Of a stretch of 64,000 bases of DNA, positions 9,389 through 18,198 are shown in pieces (position 1 is the first letter of the stretch; the number at the start of each line of letters is the position of its first letter). A program made the translations under genes and the position numbers. Location: the IMG/VR virus record IMGVR_UViG_3300020442_000005, positions 1 through 64,000 of that record; one strand, written 5' to 3'. The notes under the pieces are model-generated. The model was given only the letters and a program-made list of their open reading frames with translations, did not search any database and was not told the origin of the DNA.

Positions 9389-9661
9389 ATGAAAATTACG
9401 AGAAGCCAACTAAGAAGAATCATTAGAGAATCGTACAAATACAAAGATCCATACCCATCTCGCCGGAGACAGCAAAAGAAGCAGAATTGGGTAATTGTGT
9501 GTGATTGGACACAACATTCTGATCCTTCAAAGCATAAGTATGGCGAAGCTGTATATGCTGAATATTTTGGCACTAAGAGAGATGCTGAACGTAAGGCTTT
9601 GCAATACGCAAGGGAAGAACATGCACCAATGTATGTTGAACCAGGTTTTGAAGAGGGCTAA
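9389..9661 (+). CDS. Leader-family protein (MKITRSQLRRIIRES)
   Basis: ORF track, shared leader. Confidence 0.85.
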   Translation: MKITRSQLRRIIRESYKYKDPYPSRRRQQKKQNWVIVCDWTQHSDPSKHKYGEAVYAEYFGTKRDAERKALQYAREEHAPMYVEPGFEEG

Positions 9662-9662
9662 G

Positions 9663-9962
9663 ATGAAACTAACAAAACGCCAACTTCAATTAATTGTTAG
9701 AGAATCTCTTGTAGAAGCTTACGAAAAAACTGAGTATATTCAAGCAGGTCTTGGTGAAAGGTACAGAATGAAAGAAAGTATGGATATGGATCCCTCGTTC
9801 TATGCTGATGTATCGGAACGTTATGATGGAGACATAGCCTATGAACGCGTCATGGCAGTAATTGAGGTTTTAGCAGCATATCCCGCCGCACATTCATATT
9901 TAGATATAGAGGACGTTGCGAGCGAAATCATCGACTCACTAGAAGAAAAAGGTTTAATTTAA
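9663..9962 (+). CDS. Leader-family protein (MKLTKRQLQLIVRES; start reassigned from 9495)
   Basis: ATG 2 nt after the previous stop; leader begins here. Confidence 0.85.
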   Translation: MKLTKRQLQLIVRESLVEAYEKTEYIQAGLGERYRMKESMDMDPSFYADVSERYDGDIAYERVMAVIEVLAAYPAAHSYLDIEDVASEIIDSLEEKGLI

Positions 9963-9991
9963 CCATAAACATAAAGTCATAGAGGAAAACA

Positions 9992-10249
9992 ATGAAAATC
10001 ACAAGAAGACAATTGAAAAAAATCATTAAAGAAGAGAAAGCAAAACTTATACAAGAGGCACAGTACGGAGGCGGACAGTACGGTTTACGTAGTGATGACA
10101 GAGCCGGACAGCAAAAAGCAATTGAGATCGCATTAGCTCATTTGCAAATGCTTGATGACGCATTGTATGAAGCCGGCATTGAAGTTGGAATGGGTCAACT
10201 TAGAGGTATAGTGATGGATGCATTGAATCACCCAACATCCGGATATTAA
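9992..10249 (+). CDS. Leader-family protein (MKITRRQLKKIIKEE)
   Basis: GAGG RBS, shared leader. Confidence 0.85.
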   Translation: MKITRRQLKKIIKEEKAKLIQEAQYGGGQYGLRSDDRAGQQKAIEIALAHLQMLDDALYEAGIEVGMGQLRGIVMDALNHPTSGY

Positions 10250-10557
10250 TGATGAAAATCACAAAAAGACAACTTCGAAGAATTATTAAGGAAGAAAAAT
10301 CAAAGATTATGTCGGAGGCTTTTGGAAGTCCATCCGGCAAAGATTTTGGCTTATATGATCAGATTCAAGAAAAACTTGAATATGAACTATTGATTAATAT
10401 TCAAAGTCAAATATTAAATACTCTTCCTCCTGCAATTCGTCGTACCATTGATTTAGGAACAGAAGCAGAGATGATGGGCTTTGATGATTTAATGGAACAA
10501 GTCCGAGAATGGTTTGAGAATTATGTATCGGCGATGACAGATCTGGATCGGAGATAA
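10249..10557 (+). CDS. Leader-family protein (MMKITKRQLRRIIKEE)
   Basis: TAATG coupling, shared leader. Confidence 0.85.
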   Translation: MMKITKRQLRRIIKEEKSKIMSEAFGSPSGKDFGLYDQIQEKLEYELLINIQSQILNTLPPAIRRTIDLGTEAEMMGFDDLMEQVREWFENYVSAMTDLDRR

Positions 10558-10560
10558 ACA

Positions 10561-10980
10561 ATGAAATTAACAAAAAGACAACTTCGAAGAATTATTCGTG
10601 AAGAAAAGAAAAGATTGATCAAAGAAAGCTCTATGGAGTTGTCATATCAATACGCAGAGCAATTGCTGCAAGATGCCGCCCGTGAATTAGCCGATAATTT
10701 TAGCGAGGGTCAATTAGGCAATGGTGCGCATGACGCCAAAATGAACGGCGAAAATGCGCTCTATGAATTACTGACTCTAGCTGCAATGAGAACAAGAGGG
10801 TTAATAGAACATAAGAAAAAAGCAAATTTGCTCAACGAGTATATTGATCGCGATTATCTCTTAGATCGTCTCATGGAGGTACTCATTGAAGAAGGCGCAG
10901 TTAAACCGGGGCCGGGTGCGCGTGATGATGCTTTACAATACTTAGGTTTCTTAGTCAAGGTATATGACAGAGGCAGATAA
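10561..10980 (+). CDS. Leader-family protein (MKLTKRQLRRIIREE)
   Basis: GGAG RBS, shared leader. Confidence 0.85.
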   Translation: MKLTKRQLRRIIREEKKRLIKESSMELSYQYAEQLLQDAARELADNFSEGQLGNGAHDAKMNGENALYELLTLAAMRTRGLIEHKKKANLLNEYIDRDYLLDRLMEVLIEEGAVKPGPGARDDALQYLGFLVKVYDRGR

Positions 10981-10981
10981 A

Positions 10982-11533
10982 GTGAAGATAACTAGAAAAC
11001 AACTAAGACTAATTTTAGAGACAGCTGCTAAGCAAAAAGATAAAGAGGCTGTGTTTTCAATTATATACACTTCGGCATATGTCCAAGAATATATGGAAGA
11101 TCTTTATAATGCCATATGGTCCTCTTTTGAAAATCGCGGCGAACAAGATGATTATAAGATTGTTAATGTACTTGAAGATCTAACTAGCATGCTTACAAGA
11201 CCGGTCATGGACTTGGGATCTGAATACAGCCTATACACAAAAGAATTGGATGCTGCTGATGATGAGGGAATAGAATTCGAAGCCGGCAATGCCGAAAAGT
11301 TCGATTTCGAGGAAAGTGTTTATCTGGGAATAGAGAATATTAATCGCTTTATTAACGAACAGACTCCGATGGGAATGAGCGCGCTTGAAGCATTAAGGCA
11401 TGTTAAAGATCGTAAGATCAATATCGGATTGATTAAAAGAACTACAGATTTTTTACTTTCTCTAATGGATGATGATAGAGTCTTATCTGTTCTTGACCAA
11501 ATCGATTATGAGTATCAGAGGATGAAGATGTGA
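10982..11533 (+). CDS. Leader-family acidic protein (GTG start: MKITRKQLRLILET)
   Basis: GTG 2 nt after the previous stop, GAGG 8 nt upstream; the ORF track start 10964 is in the same frame. Confidence 0.8.
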   Translation: MKITRKQLRLILETAAKQKDKEAVFSIIYTSAYVQEYMEDLYNAIWSSFENRGEQDDYKIVNVLEDLTSMLTRPVMDLGSEYSLYTKELDAADDEGIEFEAGNAEKFDFEESVYLGIENINRFINEQTPMGMSALEALRHVKDRKINIGLIKRTTDFLLSLMDDDRVLSVLDQIDYEYQRMKM

Positions 11534-12450
11534 TCACTAACGGTAACGTACTTTATATATTTGATTTCGATGATACTTTAGCAATGACTAATAGCGCAGT
11601 TCGCGTTATTAGCGCGTCAGGCCAGGTAAAAAGACTTGATAGCAGAGAGTTTGCTAAATATCGATATCAAGCAGGTGATCAACTAGACTTTTCAGAGTTT
11701 ACTCGAGCTGAAGGAACATTGATCGATAACACAGTACAAGAGATGCAAGAAGCAATTTCCCGGTACGGGATAGAAAATGTCTTTATTGTAACAGCCCGGG
11801 CTGAAGATGAGCCTGTGTTTAACTTTTTAGACTCTTTTGGGCTGGTTGTGCCTCAGGTGATCGCAACAGAAGGTTCAGCCGGAAAAGCACCATGGCTAAC
11901 AAAAACCCTTCTTTTGGGAAATTACGACAAAGTGATCGTTTATGAAGACTGTCGTAAAAACATAAAAATGCTCAGAGATGTTGTAGAAGCCTACAACGAA
12001 GAATTAAATAGAGAAGTACTGTACAGTGCAGTATGCATTTTACCGGATGGTAGACAACAAATGATTGAATCAAGAATTAGAAGGTTTGTAAGAAAAATTA
12101 TTCTAACAGAAGGAGTTAGAAATACAACTCAAGGCGCAAATGCGATTATAAACGTCATGTTGGATAATCCAGACTATAGTATTCGGAATGCTGCAGCTGA
12201 CGTATTTTGGAACTTTGAACAGCTTGGAAACCGCCGAGCTGCTCGATTTCATAGGGCTTCTATGGATAGGGTCGGCGAACAGATACAAAAACGGCTAGCG
12301 AAGACTGGAGCTGATCCACATAATCAACCAGAAGGGTTTGTGTATACGCCAGAAGAAAAAGCGCTAGTCGATCTATACCATAGCCGGGTTCCTACGAATC
12401 AACACGGTGAGTACGGCATTAAACTGGCTGATTGGAGAAAATTTAGATGA
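11530..12450 (+). CDS. HAD-superfamily phosphatase-like protein with C-terminal extra domain
   Basis: FDFDDTL (DxD motif I), IVTAR motif II, GK..W, YEDC..N motif IV. Confidence 0.8.
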   Translation: MITNGNVLYIFDFDDTLAMTNSAVRVISASGQVKRLDSREFAKYRYQAGDQLDFSEFTRAEGTLIDNTVQEMQEAISRYGIENVFIVTARAEDEPVFNFLDSFGLVVPQVIATEGSAGKAPWLTKTLLLGNYDKVIVYEDCRKNIKMLRDVVEAYNEELNREVLYSAVCILPDGRQQMIESRIRRFVRKIILTEGVRNTTQGANAIINVMLDNPDYSIRNAAADVFWNFEQLGNRRAARFHRASMDRVGEQIQKRLAKTGADPHNQPEGFVYTPEEKALVDLYHSRVPTNQHGEYGIKLADWRKFR

Positions 12451-13457
12451 GAGCAAAAAAAGGCGAATGGTTTAGTTTGTCTTGGGATATAAATGATAAG
12501 TATGATCCAATAGCTTGGGAACAGTTTAAAAATTGCCCTAGATTTCTTTATGCCGAAGAAAATAGTAATCAGGTTGAAGGAAAAATAATTAATGAGTTTG
12601 ATAGACTTAGGCTTACTAGTATTTTTCTTACTTCAATGTTTCTTAAAAACGAAGACGGTCTTAAAGTACCCACTCATTACAGAGTAGGAATATTTATGCC
12701 TGGAGACAACACAGCCTATGATAAGTGGATAAAGGAATACCACAGATTGAATCACGAGGTAACAGAGCAAATCCGTGCTAAGGAAATGTTACAACAAAAA
12801 AGTATATACCTAGAGCATGCTGCTAGAATCATCAGGCATGATATGCATTCAGGAATAAATACCTACATTCCTCGAGGTTTAAAATCACTGCTAGATAAAC
12901 TGCCGGAAGAGGTAATCAAAGAGCACCGTCTAGAGCTAAGCATTAAATTATTGGAAGAGGGCTTGAATCACGCTCAAAAAGTATACCAAGGAGTGTACGC
13001 ATTTACGAATCTAGTAAAAGACAAGTCTCAGATAGAGAAACAAAAACATAACATCAAAGACATCCTGGTTGAACATTTTAGTTCGAACGCTTACGGTCAT
13101 CTAATTGACATACAGGACATGGGTGATTTCTATGTTAATAAATCACTTTTTTGTACAGCTATTGAAAATTTTGCAAAGAACGGTTTAGCATACAACGATT
13201 CAGGTCCAGACAGAAAGGTTAGAATTTACAGCAGATATGTAGATGAAATAACAATTGCTGATAACGGCCGCGGATTAAGTCAACAGGAATACGATTATCA
13301 AACAATGCCTTTCTTGAGAGAAGAAACAAACAATGTGAATCAAATAACTGGATTGGGCATAAATATAGCTAACGCCATCCTAGTAGAACATGGCTTTAAA
13401 GTGTCAGTCGATGAACTTGAACACGGCACTGCAATTCGAATCACGATGAAAAATTAG
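12447..13457 (+). CDS. Soluble sensor histidine kinase
   Basis: RHDMHSG H-box, ENFAKNG N-box, DNGRG G1, GLGINI G2. Confidence 0.88.
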   Translation: MRAKKGEWFSLSWDINDKYDPIAWEQFKNCPRFLYAEENSNQVEGKIINEFDRLRLTSIFLTSMFLKNEDGLKVPTHYRVGIFMPGDNTAYDKWIKEYHRLNHEVTEQIRAKEMLQQKSIYLEHAARIIRHDMHSGINTYIPRGLKSLLDKLPEEVIKEHRLELSIKLLEEGLNHAQKVYQGVYAFTNLVKDKSQIEKQKHNIKDILVEHFSSNAYGHLIDIQDMGDFYVNKSLFCTAIENFAKNGLAYNDSGPDRKVRIYSRYVDEITIADNGRGLSQQEYDYQTMPFLREETNNVNQITGLGINIANAILVEHGFKVSVDELEHGTAIRITMKN

Positions 13458-13466
13458 GCCAAAAAA

Positions 13467-14744
13467 ATGTTAACAAAAAGATCCAAAGCGTGTTTAACCA
13501 TTTCGCTGTCCGTGATGGCAGGATTTTTTATTGAGCAAACTCTGGTTATTTCTGGTTTTGTTTTGCCATCATACTTCTCTGCTCTTTTTGGATACGCATG
13601 CACTATTTTGTTTACTGTGTCTTTTATATGTTTTGCAATCGATTTTTTATATACAGTAAAATCAAAAAAGCAAATTTATGATGACAAGTTAGCAGCGATC
13701 CATACGTCTAACATGGTTGCAATATATGATAACGAGGGCTTGATAATTTCAGCAAACCAAAATTTTTGTGATACTACCGGTTACAGCAACTCTGAGCTCG
13801 TTGGTTCAACCCACTGCATGGTTATGCCAAGAGAATTGATTAGATCAGAAGAGTACAGATCATTTTGGGAACAATTGAACCGGGGCATTTTCCTTAGAGG
13901 TAAATATAGACGACGAAAAAAATGTGGCAACGACTATTGGTGTTATGCAACATACAGCCCCATTCGCAACGGATCTGGAAAAGTTTATCAAATAATCGAA
14001 ATATCGTCGGACGTCACAGAAGAATATTTAGCCCAACAAGAACTTGCTCACAAAAACATATACCTAGAACACGCAGCCAAAATTTTAAGACACGACATGC
14101 ATTCCGGTATAAACACGTATATCCCGCGCGGAATTCGTAGTCTAGAAAGACGAATTAATCAAGATGTCATCGATGAGTTACATATTGAGTCACCTTTAAA
14201 ACTTATAAAGGAAGGCCTTCTACATGCACAGAGGGTTTACAGAGGGGTTTATGAATTCACAAACCTGGTAAAAAAAGATGCAGAAATGCAAAGATCAAAA
14301 TATGATCTTAAATCAATCTTGGAAGAATACATATCTAAAACAGCGTACGCTGACCAAGTTATTATTGAAGAGTTGATTAATCTTGAGGTTAATGAGGCGT
14401 TATTCTGTACTGCAATAGATAACTTGATCAGAAATGGATTAAAATACAACGATTCAGTGTCAAAACTTGTAAGAGTAAAAATGCACGACCAGTCTCATAT
14501 TGCGGTAGAAGACAACGGCCGCGGATTATCTCAGAAAGAATTCGAAGAGTTTTGCAAGCCTTACCAACGCAAAAAAGGTCAAAAGGAACCGGGTTCTGGC
14601 CTGGGATTAAATATATCAGTCGCAATATTTAATGAGCATGGCTTTAGAATGTCGATTGATGAATTGCAACAGGGAACAAGGATTCTTATTCAACTAAACG
14701 AAGATTATCTAGATGATTGCACATTGATAAGAAATTTAAAATAA
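13467..14744 (+). CDS. Membrane PAS/PAC sensor histidine kinase
   Basis: 2 TM; PAS ANQNFCDTTGYSNSELVG..H..FW..L..G; PAC YW..ATYSPI..SDVTE; HDMHSG, DNLIRNG, EDNGRG, GSGLGL. Confidence 0.93.
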   Translation: MLTKRSKACLTISLSVMAGFFIEQTLVISGFVLPSYFSALFGYACTILFTVSFICFAIDFLYTVKSKKQIYDDKLAAIHTSNMVAIYDNEGLIISANQNFCDTTGYSNSELVGSTHCMVMPRELIRSEEYRSFWEQLNRGIFLRGKYRRRKKCGNDYWCYATYSPIRNGSGKVYQIIEISSDVTEEYLAQQELAHKNIYLEHAAKILRHDMHSGINTYIPRGIRSLERRINQDVIDELHIESPLKLIKEGLLHAQRVYRGVYEFTNLVKKDAEMQRSKYDLKSILEEYISKTAYADQVIIEELINLEVNEALFCTAIDNLIRNGLKYNDSVSKLVRVKMHDQSHIAVEDNGRGLSQKEFEEFCKPYQRKKGQKEPGSGLGLNISVAIFNEHGFRMSIDELQQGTRILIQLNEDYLDDCTLIRNLK

Positions 14745-14785
14745 TTTCATATATTTATATTCGTGGATCTTTGTTGGAGTTTGTA

Positions 14786-15217
14786 ATGATAAAGTCGATA
14801 CTTTTAGTTGATGATGAAAATTTATTTCATCTTGTTTTTGAAGATGCTTGTAGCCTGCTTGATATAACCTTGGATCTGCGCAGCATTACATCATCAGATG
14901 CTGCAGCAAAACTTTTTGCCGAGTGGCAAAACGACCCAAAAGGCAAACCAGAATGTGTTTTCGTTGATTTAAATATCATAGGATCATCATTTGATGGTAT
15001 TGAACTTATTAAAAAAATTAACTATGAATATGGCAATGGCGTTGTTGTTGGAATCATATCATCTTCTGCTGACCAAGCCGAGATAGAAAAATCAAAACTG
15101 GCAGGATCCCAATTTTGGATTATTAAATCAGATGATATCGAACCCAGATTAGAACTTTTTAAGAACGATTATGCTGGATATAAAAACCGCACTAACGAGT
15201 TCAAAGTATATCGATGA
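14786..15217 (+). CDS. Single-domain response regulator (CheY/Rcp-like; start reassigned from 14717)
   Basis: ILLVDDE acidic pocket, VFVDLN phosphoacceptor, DGIELIKKI, ISSS, IIKS; GGAG RBS. Confidence 0.92.
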   Translation: MIKSILLVDDENLFHLVFEDACSLLDITLDLRSITSSDAAAKLFAEWQNDPKGKPECVFVDLNIIGSSFDGIELIKKINYEYGNGVVVGIISSSADQAEIEKSKLAGSQFWIIKSDDIEPRLELFKNDYAGYKNRTNEFKVYR

Positions 15218-15810
15218 AACTTACAAAAGAAATAGAGGATTCTTTTATTGCTTTATTAGAGGATCGTGGTGTACAACTAGAAGGAAACATTTTAAAGCTA
15301 ATAAAGACTGATAATCCAGAATTTAAAAAATACATCGACAACGCCAAAGAAGCCGATGCTAAAGCAAGAAGAGATAGACTTGCAATAACTAAACAAGTTC
15401 AATCTCAAATGCAAGATCTAGAACTAAAAAAAACTCAGTTAGAAGAAAAAGCAGTCGAAAACGAAGACCTTTTAAAAAATTTAGAAGAAGCGCTTGAAGC
15501 TGCTGAGGGTGCAAAAAAGGCTGCAATAGACGATCTAGATCTACTACAAAAGAAAACTCAGTTTGAACTAATAGGAAACATTGTAAACGTTGCCCTTTGG
15601 GTCATCATGGCAGTAGGCGTTACAACGACTGTTCTTTACGTTGTGGCACTTTTTCTAAATGGAAATGGTCCGGACACAACTCTGATTGGCAATACATGGT
15701 CAAATTTGCTTGGTATATTATTGACAAATTCTTTTTCTATAATTGGCACAATTATGGGCGTCAAATATGCAAGTGAAACGACTCCAAAAAAACCGGGTGA
15801 ATCTGTGTAA
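15214..15810 (+). CDS. Coiled-coil protein with two C-terminal TM helices
   Basis: Heptad-rich AKEADAKARR..LEEALEAAEG; two hydrophobic helices; ATGA-coupled to the receiver gene. Confidence 0.8.
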   Translation: MKLTKEIEDSFIALLEDRGVQLEGNILKLIKTDNPEFKKYIDNAKEADAKARRDRLAITKQVQSQMQDLELKKTQLEEKAVENEDLLKNLEEALEAAEGAKKAAIDDLDLLQKKTQFELIGNIVNVALWVIMAVGVTTTVLYVVALFLNGNGPDTTLIGNTWSNLLGILLTNSFSIIGTIMGVKYASETTPKKPGESV

Positions 15811-15884
15811 AACTGTTCGGTATAGATTAAATTAGATATAAAAGTTTATATCATATAATTAGTTAAGATAACGAGGAGATAATT

Positions 15885-17957
15885 ATGGGTGGTGCCGGCG
15901 GCCATATGGCGCATTTACACGAAAATACTTGGTTAACTTTTGGTGAGATTAAGTCGTTCTTAACCCAAGTTGCATCTGCAGAGTTATCGCCAATAGAAAA
16001 GGTTGATGGCCAAAACATACATTTTCGATGGACTCCAGAGGGAGTAATGTGCGCTAGAAATGCGGGGCATTTGAAGAAAGGTGGTATTGCAGAAGCAGAA
16101 TACAGAGCAATGTGGTCTGGCCATCCGGCTGAAGATGCGTTTATCAAGGGTTTTGAAAAAATTAAGTCGGCCGTTGAAAATCTGTCGGAAGAGGCAAAAG
16201 AAGCATTCAAGTCTCTACAGCCGAATTCGTATCGGTTCTGCAACTGTGAAATCATGTATCCGGAAAACGAAAACCTAATTCTGTATGACGGAAATTACAT
16301 AGTGCTCCACAATTTAAAAGAAATTACAGTCATTGGTGGTAAACCTGTACAGACTGATATATATCTCACTGGCAACCCTGAGTTCGATGTAATCGTTGAG
16401 TCGCTAGAAGATACAATAAAAACAGAAGACGCTGAAGAGTGGCAACTGTTTGGACCAAAGTTCGTTCAGTTAAACCGTCTTTCAGATGGCACTGTACTCC
16501 AAGAAACCATAGCCGGAATAAATGGTCTTGGATACGCCGACGAAGAAAAAATATTTAGATTGGTTGAGGACAAGTTTAATGGCGAGTATGGTGTTGGGTT
16601 ACCCCAAGAGAAGTCATCGCTTCTGCTTGAAAGAATAAGACTTATTTCTGAGGGTGCAAAAACCAAAGATTTGCCAGCCGTTAATACAATAAAACAGGGC
16701 TTGAATGCGGATCAAAAATCTTTGGTAACAGAGATAGGCAGTGTCGCCAAAGCAAAAAAGTTCATTGGAGAGGCAACAGTTCCGTTAGCCCGGGCTATAA
16801 GTGATTTTGCCATTGAGGTTCTACGAGGCTTAGAATCCTTTTTTGTAACGGATACCACTGCCGAGGTAGAAAGACTCCGGAGTGTATTGGGTGATTCAAT
16901 CGAGGATTTGCAAAACTATACCGGTGATGATTCTGCAAAATACGGTGAAATGCTTGAACGTCAGCTAGAAAAGTTGGGTGATATTGAAAACATTGCATCG
17001 TCACTTGAGGGAATAATTTTCGAGTATCCACCAGGCTCAAAGAATCTAGTTAAACTAACTGGCTCTTTTGCCATGGCAAATCAGATTATTGGACGAGCCA
17101 AAAGATTGCCAAATCCTCAGATAAGATTAAAAGGACAGCCAGCAGTCGCCGACGAAGCTGTTGACATATCAGAGAGCATATATTCGCTCGAGGAGCTTGA
17201 GATGTTATATGAAGCAATAAATGGGCAATCATTTGATTCAGTTGCAGTTATTCCAGGCGCTTTCAAACCTCCTCACATCGGCCATGCAGGAATGGTTGAT
17301 TACTACTTGACGTTGGCTGATAAGGTTGTTGTATATATTTCGGATCCGCAAAAACCTGCGTCACAGAGATCCATTGCAGGATCTAGAATTACTGCACAAA
17401 TGTCTAGGGATATGTGGCGTATATTATTGGACGGTAAGCCAAATGTTGAAGTTCTTATTAGCCCACAGCCAAGTCCAGTATCCATTGCGTATGATTCAAT
17501 CATGCCGGCAAACCCGGCAAAAAATTATGCAGGAACGCCATATCAGCCTGGTACAACAGTATATCTAGGCTCGTCGCAAAAGGGAGATGACGCAAAAAGA
17601 TTTTCATATGCGTTAGCCAGTGCCAGCCCTGACTTAATAGTTCCAGATCCGGTAGCCAATGCAGCCCCGGCCATTGAGCATGAACCAGCTTATCTAGCTG
17701 CTTTAATGAGCTCAAAGTATAGTACGACCATGCCATCAGTCTCAAACCCATCAAAAGACCCTGCCGACTTTCACGCATCAGATTTCAGATATATTCTCGA
17801 ACAGGCCGTAACAGATCCAGAAGCAAGAGAACTAGCTGCATACTTTGTCGGCGGCCGTCAAAAACTATTGGCGTTCATGGACGTTCTAGGTCTGATGCCC
17901 ATTATGGAGTCTCAATCAAAAAAATACTCACTATTAGCTCAAATGTACGGTGAATGA
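15885..17957 (+). CDS. Fusion of a ligase-like (KxDG) domain and an HxGH nucleotidyltransferase domain
   Basis: IEKVDGQN near the N-terminus; PGAFKPPHIGH in the C-terminal third. Confidence 0.7.
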   Translation: MGGAGGHMAHLHENTWLTFGEIKSFLTQVASAELSPIEKVDGQNIHFRWTPEGVMCARNAGHLKKGGIAEAEYRAMWSGHPAEDAFIKGFEKIKSAVENLSEEAKEAFKSLQPNSYRFCNCEIMYPENENLILYDGNYIVLHNLKEITVIGGKPVQTDIYLTGNPEFDVIVESLEDTIKTEDAEEWQLFGPKFVQLNRLSDGTVLQETIAGINGLGYADEEKIFRLVEDKFNGEYGVGLPQEKSSLLLERIRLISEGAKTKDLPAVNTIKQGLNADQKSLVTEIGSVAKAKKFIGEATVPLARAISDFAIEVLRGLESFFVTDTTAEVERLRSVLGDSIEDLQNYTGDDSAKYGEMLERQLEKLGDIENIASSLEGIIFEYPPGSKNLVKLTGSFAMANQIIGRAKRLPNPQIRLKGQPAVADEAVDISESIYSLEELEMLYEAINGQSFDSVAVIPGAFKPPHIGHAGMVDYYLTLADKVVVYISDPQKPASQRSIAGSRITAQMSRDMWRILLDGKPNVEVLISPQPSPVSIAYDSIMPANPAKNYAGTPYQPGTTVYLGSSQKGDDAKRFSYALASASPDLIVPDPVANAAPAIEHEPAYLAALMSSKYSTTMPSVSNPSKDPADFHASDFRYILEQAVTDPEARELAAYFVGGRQKLLAFMDVLGLMPIMESQSKKYSLLAQMYGE

Positions 17958-18106
17958 TGGAAACTATTGATTATCAAAAAATGCATGTTCTCATAAAAGA
18001 AGTTTCAAAATATATCAAAAGAGAAGATAGCTACCGAGCCGGCAAAGCACTTGATGCATTATCGAAACATGTCAAAAAATGTCAGGCTAAAAAAAATAAA
18101 AATTAA
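17954..18106 (+). CDS. 50-aa basic hypothetical protein (below the ORF-track cutoff)
   Basis: ATGA overlap with the previous stop; MMETIDYQKMHVLIKE...KNKN*. Confidence 0.5.
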   Translation: MMETIDYQKMHVLIKEVSKYIKREDSYRAGKALDALSKHVKKCQAKKNKN

Positions 18107-18107
18107 T

Positions 18108-18136
18108 TTGTAAAAATTGAACGTGCTTTATATTAT
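18108..18136 (+). promoter_or_regulatory. Promoter TTGTAA-N17-TATTAT
   Basis: Same hexamers as 8389-8417; upstream of hsp20. Confidence 0.7.
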
Positions 18137-18198
18137 TAAATTGTTCGATCAAAAACGAGCGTTACAGTTTAACTTAGCAAAGACAGGAGATATAAAGC

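Noticed and set aside
9340-9400. Prophage att site at the tmRNA 3' end
   Set aside because: No integrase, and no duplicate of the tmRNA 3' end was seen in the window
9389-11533. CRISPR array or DNA tandem repeat
   Set aside because: The repeats are in-frame coding leaders with synonymous variation, separated by 250-550 bp ORF bodies, and no cas genes are present
18137-18198. CIRCE/HrcA operator upstream of hsp20
   Set aside because: Only TTAGCA is present; there is no TTAGCACTC-N9-GAGTGCTAA inverted repeat
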